Shown here: in pieces, positions 1 to 9,410 of the stretch
Layout: every line of letters starts with the position of its first letter
How positions within the stretch are numbered: position 1 is the stretch's first letter
From: Gammaproteobacteria bacterium
Lineage (GTDB): Bacteria > Pseudomonadota > Gammaproteobacteria > UBA4575
NCBI GenBank assembly: GCA_965222615.1
Contig: CBDCUI010000008.1
Location: 64,001 to 128,000 of the forward strand
Length of the DNA stretch: 64,000 bases
Reading direction: 5' to 3'
The notes under the pieces: generated by a model
Database searches by the model: none
What the model was told of the DNA's origin: nothing
Seen by the model: the letters and a program-made list of their open reading frames with translations, nothing else
Made by a program: the position numbers and the translations under genes

Positions 1-1
1 T

Positions 2-1261
2 GATGTCTTAAAAATAAATGCCGATGCAACTAATTTAGACTCGCTGTCAAAATTTTTACAAACCGATCTTTCTCCGTATCTGCCTGCCAAAGTTAATGCA
101 CAGATTGAGACATCGGCTAATGCAATCAATGTACAGCAAATCACGGCTAATTCTAAGGATAGCGATATTGCGGGTAATGTGGAAATTGACTGGTCAGGTG
201 ATGTTGTAAAAGCTAAAGGCAAGGTGCTTTCAAGATTACTTGACCTATCTCCTTTAATGGCTGAACCAAAAGAAGGCCAAAAAAAATCTTCTGAGGATAA
301 AAATAATCAAGAGAAAAAAGAAAAAGTATTTAGTGATGAGCCAATAGATTGGTCATGGTTAGAAGCATACGATGTAGATTTTGATTTAGGTATCGATAAG
401 TTAATCGCATCTGACAATGTATTCAATAAAGTTAAAACAAAAATAGAGCTTGGTAAAGGGGCGTTGAATATAAAACCGTTCCAAGCTTTTTTTGCTGATG
501 GCACGATTAATACTGTGTTGACACTTAATAAGGCGGGGGATGCAGCAAAATTTAATACTAAGCTAGATGCGATAAATTTAAGCCTGGCGGCTCTAGGGGC
601 AACAGGAGATAGTGTCTTGGAAGGGGGTACTACTGATGTGGTGGCTGACTTCAATGGTCAAGGTAAATCACTACACCATATTATGGCCTCATTGAATGGA
701 GAAATGGTGGCGGAAGTGCAAAAAGGCATTATTAAAAATGATGCCTTTGAGATAATTGGCTCCGATATAATTTTGGAACTGCTCACAATGCTGAATCCAT
801 TTATGAAAGAAGATGAAACTACTGAACTTGAATGTGCAGCGGTAAAATTCACTGCTGAAGACGGAGTGTTGACCAGCAAAAATCAAATGGCAGTTGAAAC
901 TACAAAAATGAAAATAGTCGGTGGTGGTGTCATCGATATGAATACGGAAGAGTTAGAAATTGGCTTTAGTCCTTCTGCGAAAAAAGGTGTCGGGGTTAAT
1001 GTAGGCAGTTTAGTCAAGTTTGTACGCTTGGGCGGTACATTGAGCAATCCCCATCCTGAAGCAGATCCGGTAGGGATACTAAAAAGTGGAGCGGCATTAG
1101 GTGCAGCAGTATCAACAGGGGGACTTTCCTTATTAGTAGAAGGATTGTTTAAACGTGCTGCTAATGCAGGATCGGCCTGTAATCAAGCTTTAAGTGACAC
1201 TCCTGAGATGGATACAGAGACAACTGCTACAACCCCAAGTACCACTGACTCTCCTGAATAA
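2..1261 (+). CDS. AsmA family protein, C-terminal part (5' end outside window)
   Basis: The frame of ORF 179..1261 is open back to base 2. It has AsmA-like C-terminal signatures (ASLNGE, TELECAAVKF, GGGVIDMNTEEL, VRLGGTLSNP). Confidence 0.8.
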   Translation, partial: DVLKINADATNLDSLSKFLQTDLSPYLPAKVNAQIETSANAINVQQITANSKDSDIAGNVEIDWSGDVVKAKGKVLSRLLDLSPLMAEPKEGQKKSSEDKNNQEKKEKVFSDEPIDWSWLEAYDVDFDLGIDKLIASDNVFNKVKTKIELGKGALNIKPFQAFFADGTINTVLTLNKAGDAAKFNTKLDAINLSLAALGATGDSVLEGGTTDVVADFNGQGKSLHHIMASLNGEMVAEVQKGIIKNDAFEIIGSDIILELLTMLNPFMKEDETTELECAAVKFTAEDGVLTSKNQMAVETTKMKIVGGGVIDMNTEELEIGFSPSAKKGVGVNVGSLVKFVRLGGTLSNPHPEADPVGILKSGAALGAAVSTGGLSLLVEGLFKRAANAGSACNQALSDTPEMDTETTATTPSTTDSPE

Positions 1262-1357
1262 GGATGTAGTCTATAGGGCTGTGACAAATCTTTTTTATAG
1301 AACAGACTAGAAATCTTTAAAACAGTAATAGATCGCGCAGATAAATTTAGCCTTGAA

Positions 1358-1603
1358 TTATTTAACGTAGTTAGTCATGAGTTCTTTAATTTTTGTTTGA
1401 TAGCGTGAACCTTCCAGTTTACATTTAGTTTTGAAAGCATTTAGCAAAGATGGTGCAACTTTTAAGCTTATAAGCTTTAATTTTTCAGTTTGAGTTCCAC
1501 CATGCGTTTGTCGAAAATCTTCAAGGAATTGAGCGATTTCTTCTGTAGACATTTGTTTGCACGTCTCTAAATAATCGTCACTAAATTTTTGTAGTGCTTT
1601 CAT
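1358..1603 (-). CDS. BrnA/CopG-like ribbon-helix-helix antitoxin-type protein
   Basis: The C-terminus KLISLKVAPSLLNAFK...SRYQTKIKELM resembles the BrnA antitoxin RHH. It overlaps the upstream gene by 4 bp (ATGA). Confidence 0.6.
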   Translation of the reverse strand: MKALQKFSDDYLETCKQMSTEEIAQFLEDFRQTHGGTQTEKLKLISLKVAPSLLNAFKTKCKLEGSRYQTKIKELMTNYVK

Positions 1604-2070
1604 TGGCTTTTATGTATTTTCTGCAAGGCTTCAACATCAAGATAATCTTGCTCCCGACCAGCTCTCTGTTTCATCTTTATTAAATCATTAAGAGATAATA
1701 TTTTAATTACACCGCCGGATATTTTTACAGATTTAGTTTTTTTGCCAGTAAGATCATAACTAATAATAATGTCTACTTGTTTATTTAGTTGCTGTGGATG
1801 ATAGAAATTCCATGCAGTAAGATTTTTGTTTCTTATGTATTCATCTCTGAATTGATAAATATCACCTGCCGTCAATGGTAATCGCGAAACCAGACCATAC
1901 GTGTTAAGAATTTGTTCTGTTTTCTGTAAATTTTTGAGTGTCCATTTAATTACAATGTCGATATCTAAAGTACCACGTACGGCACCATGCAGTGCGACAG
2001 CGTGACCACCAACGACTGCATAAGACACCTTATTTTCAGACAGTAATTTACATACATCGTAAAGAAACAT
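1600..2070 (-). CDS. Pol-beta-superfamily nucleotidyltransferase (AbiEii/DUF6036-like)
   Basis: Contains VVGGHAVALHGAVRGTLDID (GG...DxD) and C-terminal LIKMK..AGREQDYLD motifs. Confidence 0.75.
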   Translation of the reverse strand: MFLYDVCKLLSENKVSYAVVGGHAVALHGAVRGTLDIDIVIKWTLKNLQKTEQILNTYGLVSRLPLTAGDIYQFRDEYIRNKNLTAWNFYHPQQLNKQVDIIISYDLTGKKTKSVKISGGVIKILSLNDLIKMKQRAGREQDYLDVEALQKIHKSQ

Positions 2071-2071
2071 G

Positions 2072-2091
2072 GGTATATACTAGTATATACC
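2072..2091. promoter_or_regulatory. Perfect 20-bp palindrome GGTATATACTAGTATATACC; putative operator over a leaderless promoter
   Basis: Read directly. On the - strand: TTTACA-18-TAGTAT-6-ATG(2070), with no Shine-Dalgarno. Confidence 0.6.
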
Positions 2092-2160
2092 TCTGAATTA
2101 TGTAAAGTACCACCAACACTGATTAACTACTATTCATCCATTGACAATATAAATGTGATA

Positions 2161-2192
2161 GATAATATATAGCCATATGGCTATATATTATC
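2161..2192. promoter_or_regulatory. Perfect 32-bp palindrome centred at the ArsR start codon; putative ArsR operator
   Basis: GATAATATATAGCCAT|ATGGCTATATATTATC; TTGACA lies at 2141-2146. Confidence 0.7.
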
Positions 2193-2524
2193 ATAATTCA
2201 TTAGACCGAACCTTTCATGCCTTAGGTGATGAATCTCGTCGACAAATTCTAGAAACACTTTGCAAAAGACAACGCTGCTCAGCTGGAGAAATTGTTGAGC
2301 TTTTTGATGCGGCCCAACCCACTATTTCTAAACATTTGAAAGTGTTAGAAAAAGCTAACCTGATCGTTCGTCATATTGAAGGCCGAAGACATGAGTTCAC
2401 TTTGGTTGCGGATTCCCTGGAAGAAGCACAAAAATGGTTGGGTAATCGCCTCGTATTTTGGGAAAACAGTCTGGACCGATTGGATACGCTTCTATCTAAA
2501 AACCAAAAAAGAAAAGAAAAATGA
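2177..2524 (+). CDS. ArsR/SmtB family transcriptional regulator
   Basis: HTH pattern FHALGDESRRQIL...AQPTISKHLKVLEKANLI. Confidence 0.9.
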   Translation: MAIYYHNSLDRTFHALGDESRRQILETLCKRQRCSAGEIVELFDAAQPTISKHLKVLEKANLIVRHIEGRRHEFTLVADSLEEAQKWLGNRLVFWENSLDRLDTLLSKNQKRKEK

Positions 2525-2966
2525 AAACATCACAGAGCCACTCGTTATTCATCGAATTTTTAAATCCAAACGTATAGAAGTTTTCAAAGCATTCACAACT
2601 CCTGAGCTCTTAAAACAATGGTACTCCCCTTCTTCTGATATTACGCTTGAATTAATAAAATATGATTTACGGGTTGGTGGTCATTACCAAATTATTTATA
2701 GCCTTCCTGATAAAAATAAAGCCGTGTTGAAGGGTGAGTTCACAACGTTAACACCACCAGAGGAATTGTGCATGAGCTGGACGTGGGAACACGATGAACC
2801 TCACGGCATATCTTCCAACGTACGGATACAGTTTATAGAACAAGGCGATACAACAGAAGTAATTATTACTCACAAACAACTACCATCTATAGATGAAATA
2901 ACCCGTCATCATCAAGGTTGGATTAGTACACTTGAAAGGTTAGATGATTTAGTCACTAGTAACTAA
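2521..2966 (+). CDS. SRPBCC/AHSA1 (START-like) domain protein; true start unclear, possibly frameshifted
   Basis: Motifs VFKAFTTPELLKQWY, DLRVGGHY and HHQGW...LERL. The coupled ATG at 2521 is out of frame with the domain. Confidence 0.75.
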
Positions 2967-2979
2967 AAAGGAGTCACTA

Positions 2980-3396
2980 ATGTTTTCCATTCCGATTACA
3001 TCAATTATCGCCGCAATTTTTGCAATTACAACATTTGTCCTCTCCTGGATAGTATCCATGCGTCGAGCTGCATTAGGAAAAGCTGCAAATGATTTAACCG
3101 GTTTCAGTTTGGGGGATGCGGGTGATGAAATTCTACTAACAAGAAGAGAAACCCTGCGAAACTTTTGTGAATATGTCCCCATATGTTTACTGTTACTGTT
3201 ATTAATAGAAGTACAAGGTGCTACAGCTACTCTTGTATGGACCATAGGCGGGTTATTTGTACTAGGCAGGATCCTGCACGCTTTTACCATGTTGAAGATT
3301 CCAAACGTTTTACCTACCAGAATATTTGGAATGCTCACCACTTATACTGCACTATTAATTCCTGCAGGATGGTTGCTATTGAATGCAATCAGATAG
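2980..3396 (+). CDS. MAPEG family membrane protein
   Basis: NFCEYVP and GRILHA motifs; AGGAG SD upstream. Confidence 0.85.
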   Translation: MFSIPITSIIAAIFAITTFVLSWIVSMRRAALGKAANDLTGFSLGDAGDEILLTRRETLRNFCEYVPICLLLLLLIEVQGATATLVWTIGGLFVLGRILHAFTMLKIPNVLPTRIFGMLTTYTALLIPAGWLLLNAIR

Positions 3397-3772
3397 CATT
3401 GAATATACTCCATTGATTTCTTAACCTTAAATAAAGATTTGTCAGTTTTGTTAATTGGGGGTGAATTCATCCTATCCCGTCAATGCAATCGTGTCTGGTC
3501 CCTTTGATTTGCTCAGGACTTGCCTTTAATCTAGCTTTAAGTGATATCAGTGAAGTGGGTGGGTGCGGAGACGGTTAGTGTAGCACCAAGTTCTGCCGAT
3601 TCAGCTAAATCAAGAGATACAGTCAAATTAGTTATTTTTATTGTAGATTGTAAACCAATGTAAATTTCACTATTAGAAGTTAATAAATTACATAGATTGA
3701 CAATATTTTGTATTATTAGCATGTTATATAAAAACACCAATAATAATAAATATATAAAAAAGGAAAAAAACT

Positions 3773-4504
3773 ATGCAATTGTCAAAAAGTCTTATAGCTG
3801 AATTCATTGGCACATTTTGGCTAGTATTGGGTGGTTGTGGAAGTGCAGTGTTGGCAGCGACGTTTATGTCAAGTGGTGCCATGATTGGAGAAAGTATTCA
3901 TTTTCCTCTTGGTATTGGTTTAGTCGGTGTGTCTTTTGCATTTGGTCTAACCGTTGTAACTATGGCCTATGCGATTGGGCACATATCTGGTTGTCATTTA
4001 AATCCAGCGGTATCAATTGGCTTAACTGCAGGGGGACGTTTTCCGGCAAGCCATTTGATCCCTTATATTATTGCCCAAGTGTTAGGCGCAATTGTTGCTG
4101 CAGGTGTCCTGTATTTAATTGCAAGTGGAAAAGCTGGTTATGAAGGTGGTCTTGCGTCAAATGGTTTTGCAGATCGATCGCCAGGTGGTTATAGCATGAT
4201 GGCAGCTTTAATATGTGAGATTGTGATGACATTTATTTTCTTGATGGTAATTTTAGGGGCAACAGATAAACGTGCTCCTGCAGGTTTTGCGCCCATTGCA
4301 ATCGGCTTGTGTCTAACACTTATTCATTTAATTTCAATTCCGGTAACGAATACATCTGTTAATCCCGCTAGAAGTACAGGGCCTGCACTTTTTGAAGGGG
4401 CTGCAGCATTGGGTCAACTATGGCTGTTTTGGGTGGCCCCTATTATAGGAGCAGTTATTGCGGGTGTAGTTTATAAATTGGCATTTGAGGAGAACGATAA
4501 CTAA
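3773..4504 (+). CDS. aqpZ: Aquaporin Z
   Basis: [18 protein letters not shown] plus two NPA motifs (HLNPAVS, SVNPARS). Confidence 0.95.
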   Translation: MQLSKSLIAEFIGTFWLVLGGCGSAVLAATFMSSGAMIGESIHFPLGIGLVGVSFAFGLTVVTMAYAIGHISGCHLNPAVSIGLTAGGRFPASHLIPYIIAQVLGAIVAAGVLYLIASGKAGYEGGLASNGFADRSPGGYSMMAALICEIVMTFIFLMVILGATDKRAPAGFAPIAIGLCLTLIHLISIPVTNTSVNPARSTGPALFEGAAALGQLWLFWVAPIIGAVIAGVVYKLAFEENDN

Positions 4505-4543
4505 GGCAATTGAATTTGTAAAAACCACTTACTGCTCATGATC

Positions 4544-4577
4544 AAGGTGTATAGCCACGTAGCTATACACCTTTTTT
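4544..4577 (+). terminator. Rho-independent terminator after aqpZ
   Basis: AAGGTGTATAGC-cacgta-GCTATACACCTT followed by a T run. Confidence 0.8.
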
Positions 4578-4677
4578 ATTTTCTTTAAGCAAGTTTTGAG
4601 TAAAAATATTAATTATTTCAAATGCCACTTTTAAGCACCATATTTGACAAGATCAAAATAACGCCGAAGGGCTAATT

Positions 4678-5169
4678 ATGAAAAAGCGAATTTATGGTTT
4701 AATTTTGTCTATATTAATTACATTAACAGCGTGTTTAGATGAGCAGGGTATATCGTCTGAACAAAATGACTTAGCAAATGCAACAACTCCGGTATCAGAA
4801 GAAGAAATTAGAAAACGGCAACAACAAATGTTTCAAGAGGCCGCTGATGCACCAAGGCAGTTTCGTGAAGGTTTGAAAGAAAATTGTCCTTACTTTAATT
4901 CAGTTTTACTAACGACTGCAGAAACTATCCAGCTTGGTACAAGAGTTTTTAATGCAGGGGGAATCAGTCTTACCAACCGCATATACGAAGGAACAGTTTA
5001 TAAGATTTTGTTTACCATAAAAGATGAATGTATGGACCTAAGTGATGTATTACAGGCCGGTATAGCAACCGCTGAGACTAAAGAAAGTTACCATGATAAG
5101 GCATGGGCGCTGCGCGATACCCTTGATCTCATCATGGGGGGACCACCTACTAAGCCTCCTGGTGGTTAA
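4678..5169 (+). CDS. Hypothetical lipoprotein
   Basis: Signal peptide with lipobox LTAC. Confidence 0.6.
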   Translation: MKKRIYGLILSILITLTACLDEQGISSEQNDLANATTPVSEEEIRKRQQQMFQEAADAPRQFREGLKENCPYFNSVLLTTAETIQLGTRVFNAGGISLTNRIYEGTVYKILFTIKDECMDLSDVLQAGIATAETKESYHDKAWALRDTLDLIMGGPPTKPPGG

Positions 5170-5317
5170 ATCTATCTAAAGATGTGATATGAGTATTGCA
5201 TCACAGTCGCAATGACGTAGTCTATTGTTTTTATTATAATTATTTGGCAGCTAATTTTTTATGTATAAATTTTAGTTCAGATTGGTCTATATAATATGCC
5301 CTGAAAATTAAATTGGT

Positions 5318-5716
5318 ATGAATTTCAAGCTAATTATCACAGTAATTATATTTTGCTTATCATCGTTATTCACGGTGCAGGCGGAGAGTTTACATATTCA
5401 AGTACAGGGTCAAAGTTTCGCAGAGGAATACGGACATTTACGAAAATTACTTTCACAAGTTCAAAGTCGTGAATCCGCGCTTGCGTATAAATCGCAGATC
5501 ACTGCAGAACTTGATAGATTAAAATCTTCACAAGTTAATGGTGGGCAGGCCTTTGCTGCATTATCAGCCGATGAGCAACAAATGTTTATTCGTAAATTTC
5601 AAAATAATCAATTTCACTGTGGCGAAGTCACACAAGTTATGGAAGAAAGGAGAAGGATATTGTTAGATCCTGATCTTAGTGAGGTTCTTGGCACAGTAAT
5701 TAAGGATATTCCTTAA
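5318..5716 (+). CDS. Hypothetical exported protein
   Basis: N-terminal signal peptide ending VQA. Confidence 0.55.
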   Translation: MNFKLIITVIIFCLSSLFTVQAESLHIQVQGQSFAEEYGHLRKLLSQVQSRESALAYKSQITAELDRLKSSQVNGGQAFAALSADEQQMFIRKFQNNQFHCGEVTQVMEERRRILLDPDLSEVLGTVIKDIP

Positions 5717-5788
5717 AAAAATATAAACAAGAACGTTATAAATTTTCAATTTATCCAGCCTGATCGAAGTAGATTTCTAAGATAGCGT

Positions 5789-6376
5789 ATGTTTTTCTTG
5801 CCTCGTGCGCTTAAATTTATTACCGCTTGTCTTTGTATTTCAATGCTATCGGCTTGTGTATTGCTTTTATTAAATGGCCATTTGAGCCATGGCCACTACA
5901 TATCACCTAGCGAATCCTTTAAATGCAAACTACCTGGCGGTGCTTTAAGCAGGCAATTGGAGATTGTTGATGATAGCAATTCTTTAGGCGAAACAGTTAT
6001 ATTTAAACTTAAACTTGGACTACTATGGCGGGTAGACCATCTTAAATTGAACCGCCATAAGATAGCAGTGCTGGATAGATCTTTAAATAAGAGGGAGAAT
6101 CTAGATCGAGCAAAATTAAATTACTTTAAATATCACTTAATACCGAATTTGGATGAAGTGGCAATAGATTGGGAGTATTTTAAGAGAATTAATGAATCGG
6201 AAGTTTTAATTGTGCAGGCATATGTGAGATGGGATCAACAGGAAGAGAAGCGGGAATTGTTATTTTCAATAGACGACGAATATTTAAATGTTATTCATCA
6301 TTCCCAAAATATTTCCAGTGATTTGCAGAAGATTACTTTTGGAGCAATAGATATGTATAAAGGTTGCCAATTCTAA
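5789..6376 (+). CDS. Hypothetical protein, possible lipoprotein
   Basis: 195-aa ORF with a hydrophobic N-terminus and LSAC. Confidence 0.5.
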   Translation: MFFLPRALKFITACLCISMLSACVLLLLNGHLSHGHYISPSESFKCKLPGGALSRQLEIVDDSNSLGETVIFKLKLGLLWRVDHLKLNRHKIAVLDRSLNKRENLDRAKLNYFKYHLIPNLDEVAIDWEYFKRINESEVLIVQAYVRWDQQEEKRELLFSIDDEYLNVIHHSQNISSDLQKITFGAIDMYKGCQF

Positions 6377-6404
6377 AATTTAAGGCTCTTAAATACGGCT
6401 TCAG

Positions 6405-6995
6405 ATGAATTTAATTCAAGCCACAGTTTTATTGTTTCTTATCATGGATCCAATAGGGAATATACCAATTTTCAATTCAATACTAAGCAATAAATCAACA
6501 TCAGAACGTGTAAAGATAATTAGTAGAGAATTAATTTTTGCATATTTATTATTACTTGGATTTTTAATACTAGGAGATTACGTACAGTCTTATCTAAATC
6601 TTAGAGTATCTACTTTACATATAGCAGGCGGGATCATTCTTTTATTAGTTGCCTTAGGCATGGTTTTTCCAAGCATAGGCATGAAAGTCGTTGATAACAA
6701 TGAGGATCCATTTTTGGTTCCACTGGCGATGCCTTTGGTGGCTGGGCCTGCGGCAATCGCTATTGTATTAATCATAGGCAGTAGTCAGCTCGCCACTACG
6801 CTATCTTGGATACTAGCACTTTCAATTTCGTGGGGTTTAGTTGCAATAATTATGATTCCATCACCCTGGTTTTATAAATTGATTGGTGAAAAGGGTGCGC
6901 GGGTTTTGGAACGGCTTATGGGCATGATTCTTATTTTATTAGCTGTCCAGATGTTTTTAAATGGAGTCGAACTGTACGTCAATTCAAGTTTTTAA
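6405..6995 (+). CDS. MarC family inner membrane protein
   Basis: LFLIMDPIGNIP, VPLAMPLVAGP and ERLMGMIL motifs. Confidence 0.9.
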   Translation: MNLIQATVLLFLIMDPIGNIPIFNSILSNKSTSERVKIISRELIFAYLLLLGFLILGDYVQSYLNLRVSTLHIAGGIILLLVALGMVFPSIGMKVVDNNEDPFLVPLAMPLVAGPAAIAIVLIIGSSQLATTLSWILALSISWGLVAIIMIPSPWFYKLIGEKGARVLERLMGMILILLAVQMFLNGVELYVNSSF

Positions 6996-7005
6996 AATAT
7001 ATTGA

Positions 7006-8487
7006 TTAATTTGCGCTTACGGTTCTTTTGCTGGCCCAATTTCTTAACCTAGCCACTTTTTCTGCCATGATTACTGATAAAGGTTTGGTATTGAGTAACT
7101 CTTCTAACAATTGAATTTGTTTAAGTGGTGAATTTTCAGCATGGGCTGCATATAAAGCAGAAACTACTGCTTGTTCTATTTCTGCGCCAGAAAAACCTTC
7201 GCTAATTTGTGCAAGTCTAGCAAGATCAAATTTATCAACAGCTATATCGCGTTTATTTAAATGTATGCGGAAAATTTCCTCTCTAGTTTCTAGATTAGGT
7301 AAGTCAACAAAAAAGATTTCATCTAGGCGTCCTTTGCGTATTAACTCAGGCGGCAAGGCTTCTATATTATTGGCAGTAACCGCCAGAAATACAGCTTGTT
7401 TACGTTCTGCCATCCAGGTAAGTATAGTTCCCAAAACTCGGTCACTTGTTCCGGTTGTATCATCTCCAGTACTTATTCCTTTCTCAATTTCATCAATCCA
7501 CAATACACAAGGTGACATTACTTCTGCAGTTTTAATTGCTTCACGCAGGTTTTTTTCTGTTTCACCAATAAATTTGTTAAATAAGCTACCCATATCAAGG
7601 CGTAACAATGGTAAGTCCCAAACACCAGCGATAGCTTTTGCAGTTAAGCTTTTACCACTTCCTTGCACACCTATTAATAAAATGCCTTTAGGACGGTCTA
7701 GGCCTTTTGGAGGATTTTCTGAAATAAAAACTTGTTTGCGTTGATTCAGCCAATTTTTAAGCTTTTTCATCCCAGCAACATCAGAAAATTTTGCTGTGTC
7801 GTATTCAAATGACAGCCCGTTATCTTTGCTTAATAATCGATACTTTGCTGCCATAATTTCAGGCAAGTCAGAAGTTGTAAGAGCGCCATCTTCAGCAATA
7901 GCGATACGTGCAAGTCGTCGTACATCTTGTTCGGGTAAGCCTGATAAATTACGTGCAAGCAAATCGACTATTTCGTCGTCTTGAATTACATGCTTGGCAT
8001 TATTTTTGCCCTGCCAACGAATAGCTTCTTGCACAACAATGTTGCGAAGTTCTTTTGTTGTAGGAAGACGCAACTCAAAATAACCAGTAAATTTTTCTAA
8101 TTCGGTTGGAATTTTTAAATTGTGACTGACGAATACAAGGGTGTTGGGTTTTTCGTCATGTTGTAGAGCAACTTCTTTAATCGTACGTACATTGAGTGGA
8201 TCTTCCATATAAGGATGAAAGTCCATGAATAAGTATATTCCTGATTTTGACCCGCTTCTGATATGACGTAATGCTTCCAGGGGTTCTTTGTTGAATGCTT
8301 GGGGGCGCATATCTTCTACATCAATTCTTTGCAGACCCTCGGTAACCGTCCATTTATAAAGGTGTCGTGGAAACTCGATGACTAACTGGGTAAATAATTG
8401 CAATACACGAGTTTCTTCATGGGTCTCGATGACAACAAGAGGTGTCTTGGATTTGATTAAGACCTTTAGGTCATTTAACTCATACAT
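7006..8487 (-). CDS. AAA+ ATPase (Ycf46-like)
   Basis: Walker A GVQGSGKS, Walker B LWIDEIEK, SRH LPPELIRKGRLDE. Confidence 0.85.
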   Translation of the reverse strand: MYELNDLKVLIKSKTPLVVIETHEETRVLQLFTQLVIEFPRHLYKWTVTEGLQRIDVEDMRPQAFNKEPLEALRHIRSGSKSGIYLFMDFHPYMEDPLNVRTIKEVALQHDEKPNTLVFVSHNLKIPTELEKFTGYFELRLPTTKELRNIVVQEAIRWQGKNNAKHVIQDDEIVDLLARNLSGLPEQDVRRLARIAIAEDGALTTSDLPEIMAAKYRLLSKDNGLSFEYDTAKFSDVAGMKKLKNWLNQRKQVFISENPPKGLDRPKGILLIGVQGSGKSLTAKAIAGVWDLPLLRLDMGSLFNKFIGETEKNLREAIKTAEVMSPCVLWIDEIEKGISTGDDTTGTSDRVLGTILTWMAERKQAVFLAVTANNIEALPPELIRKGRLDEIFFVDLPNLETREEIFRIHLNKRDIAVDKFDLARLAQISEGFSGAEIEQAVVSALYAAHAENSPLKQIQLLEELLNTKPLSVIMAEKVARLRNWASKRTVSAN

Positions 8488-8894
8488 ATTGAATTATTAC
8501 TGCACTTGGAAGAGATAGAATGATGTTAATGAATCTGAAGCGCGTTTTAACATTGAATTCGACAAACATGCAAGAAATTACTTACTCAAATGTGTGATAC
8601 ACGGGATTATCTGGAAAGAAATATTGATGCGAAGCAAAGTTCTATTTTGTGGCTTAATAATTTTCACACTTTTTTGAGACTTTTTAGTAGCCTAAATTTC
8701 TTAATGTTTATCAATAGCAAAGTTTTAGTGAATTTAACAGCATTTAAAAAACGTATGACAGAATTAATAGAAACTTTTGGAGGATCAATTGATGTAGTTG
8801 TAATATCAAAAAGAGGGTGATAAGTCTGTCAGTACCATGTTTGCTGAACGTGTATAAAAGTAGATCAACCTAAAAATCCGAGAATATTAATTTT

Positions 8895-9263
8895 ATGTCT
8901 TCTGATTGTATTTTTTGTCGAAAGAAAGATCTGATATACGAAGGTGAGCTGACTTTTATTAGTCAGGATAAGCACCCTGTGTCTCCTGGGCATTTACTTG
9001 TCGTTCCAAGTAGACATGTGCCAAATTATTTCGACTGTACCCAGGAAGAAATATCAGAATTGTGGGATTCTGTGCACCTCGCTAAACAGCTTGTTGAAAA
9101 AAAACATAAGCCTGATTCCTATAATATTGGCATTAATGTAAGTAAAGCCGCGGGCCAATCAGTACCGCATACACATATACACCTAATCCCTAGGTATGTT
9201 GGGGATGTTCCTGATCCAAGAGGTGGTGTTAGGAGTGTTATTCCTAAAAATAGAACCTATTAA
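8895..9263 (+). CDS. HIT family nucleotide hydrolase
   Basis: CIFC, HPVSPGHLL and the histidine triad HTHIH. Confidence 0.9.
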   Translation: MSSDCIFCRKKDLIYEGELTFISQDKHPVSPGHLLVVPSRHVPNYFDCTQEEISELWDSVHLAKQLVEKKHKPDSYNIGINVSKAAGQSVPHTHIHLIPRYVGDVPDPRGGVRSVIPKNRTY

Positions 9264-9270
9264 ACTAGGT

Positions 9271-9330
9271 AAGCTCTGATTTATTCTGATATGTTTCCAA
9301 AATAATGAATAAGTAAAATGTCGCGAAGTG
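9271..9330. repeat. Partial copy of family-A palindromic repeat
   Basis: AAGCTCTGATTTATTCTGATATG matches the left end of the copy at 22812. Confidence 0.55.
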
Positions 9331-9410
9331 CCTTGCCAAAATTGGACTAAGGGTTACTAAATAAGACTAATAAGGCATTTGTCTACTCACTGAAAACAAA
9401 TCAAACCCAA

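Noticed and set aside
3499-3520. REP-like TCCCTTTGATTTGCTCAGGAC
   Set aside because: A single degenerate copy in the window with no partner; cannot be supported.
3537-3740. 67-aa ORF upstream of aqpZ
   Set aside because: No SD or motif, and it runs through the AT-rich promoter region. At most a gene remnant.
8590-8820. 76-aa intergenic ORF
   Set aside because: No SD or motif; it lies in a divergent promoter region.
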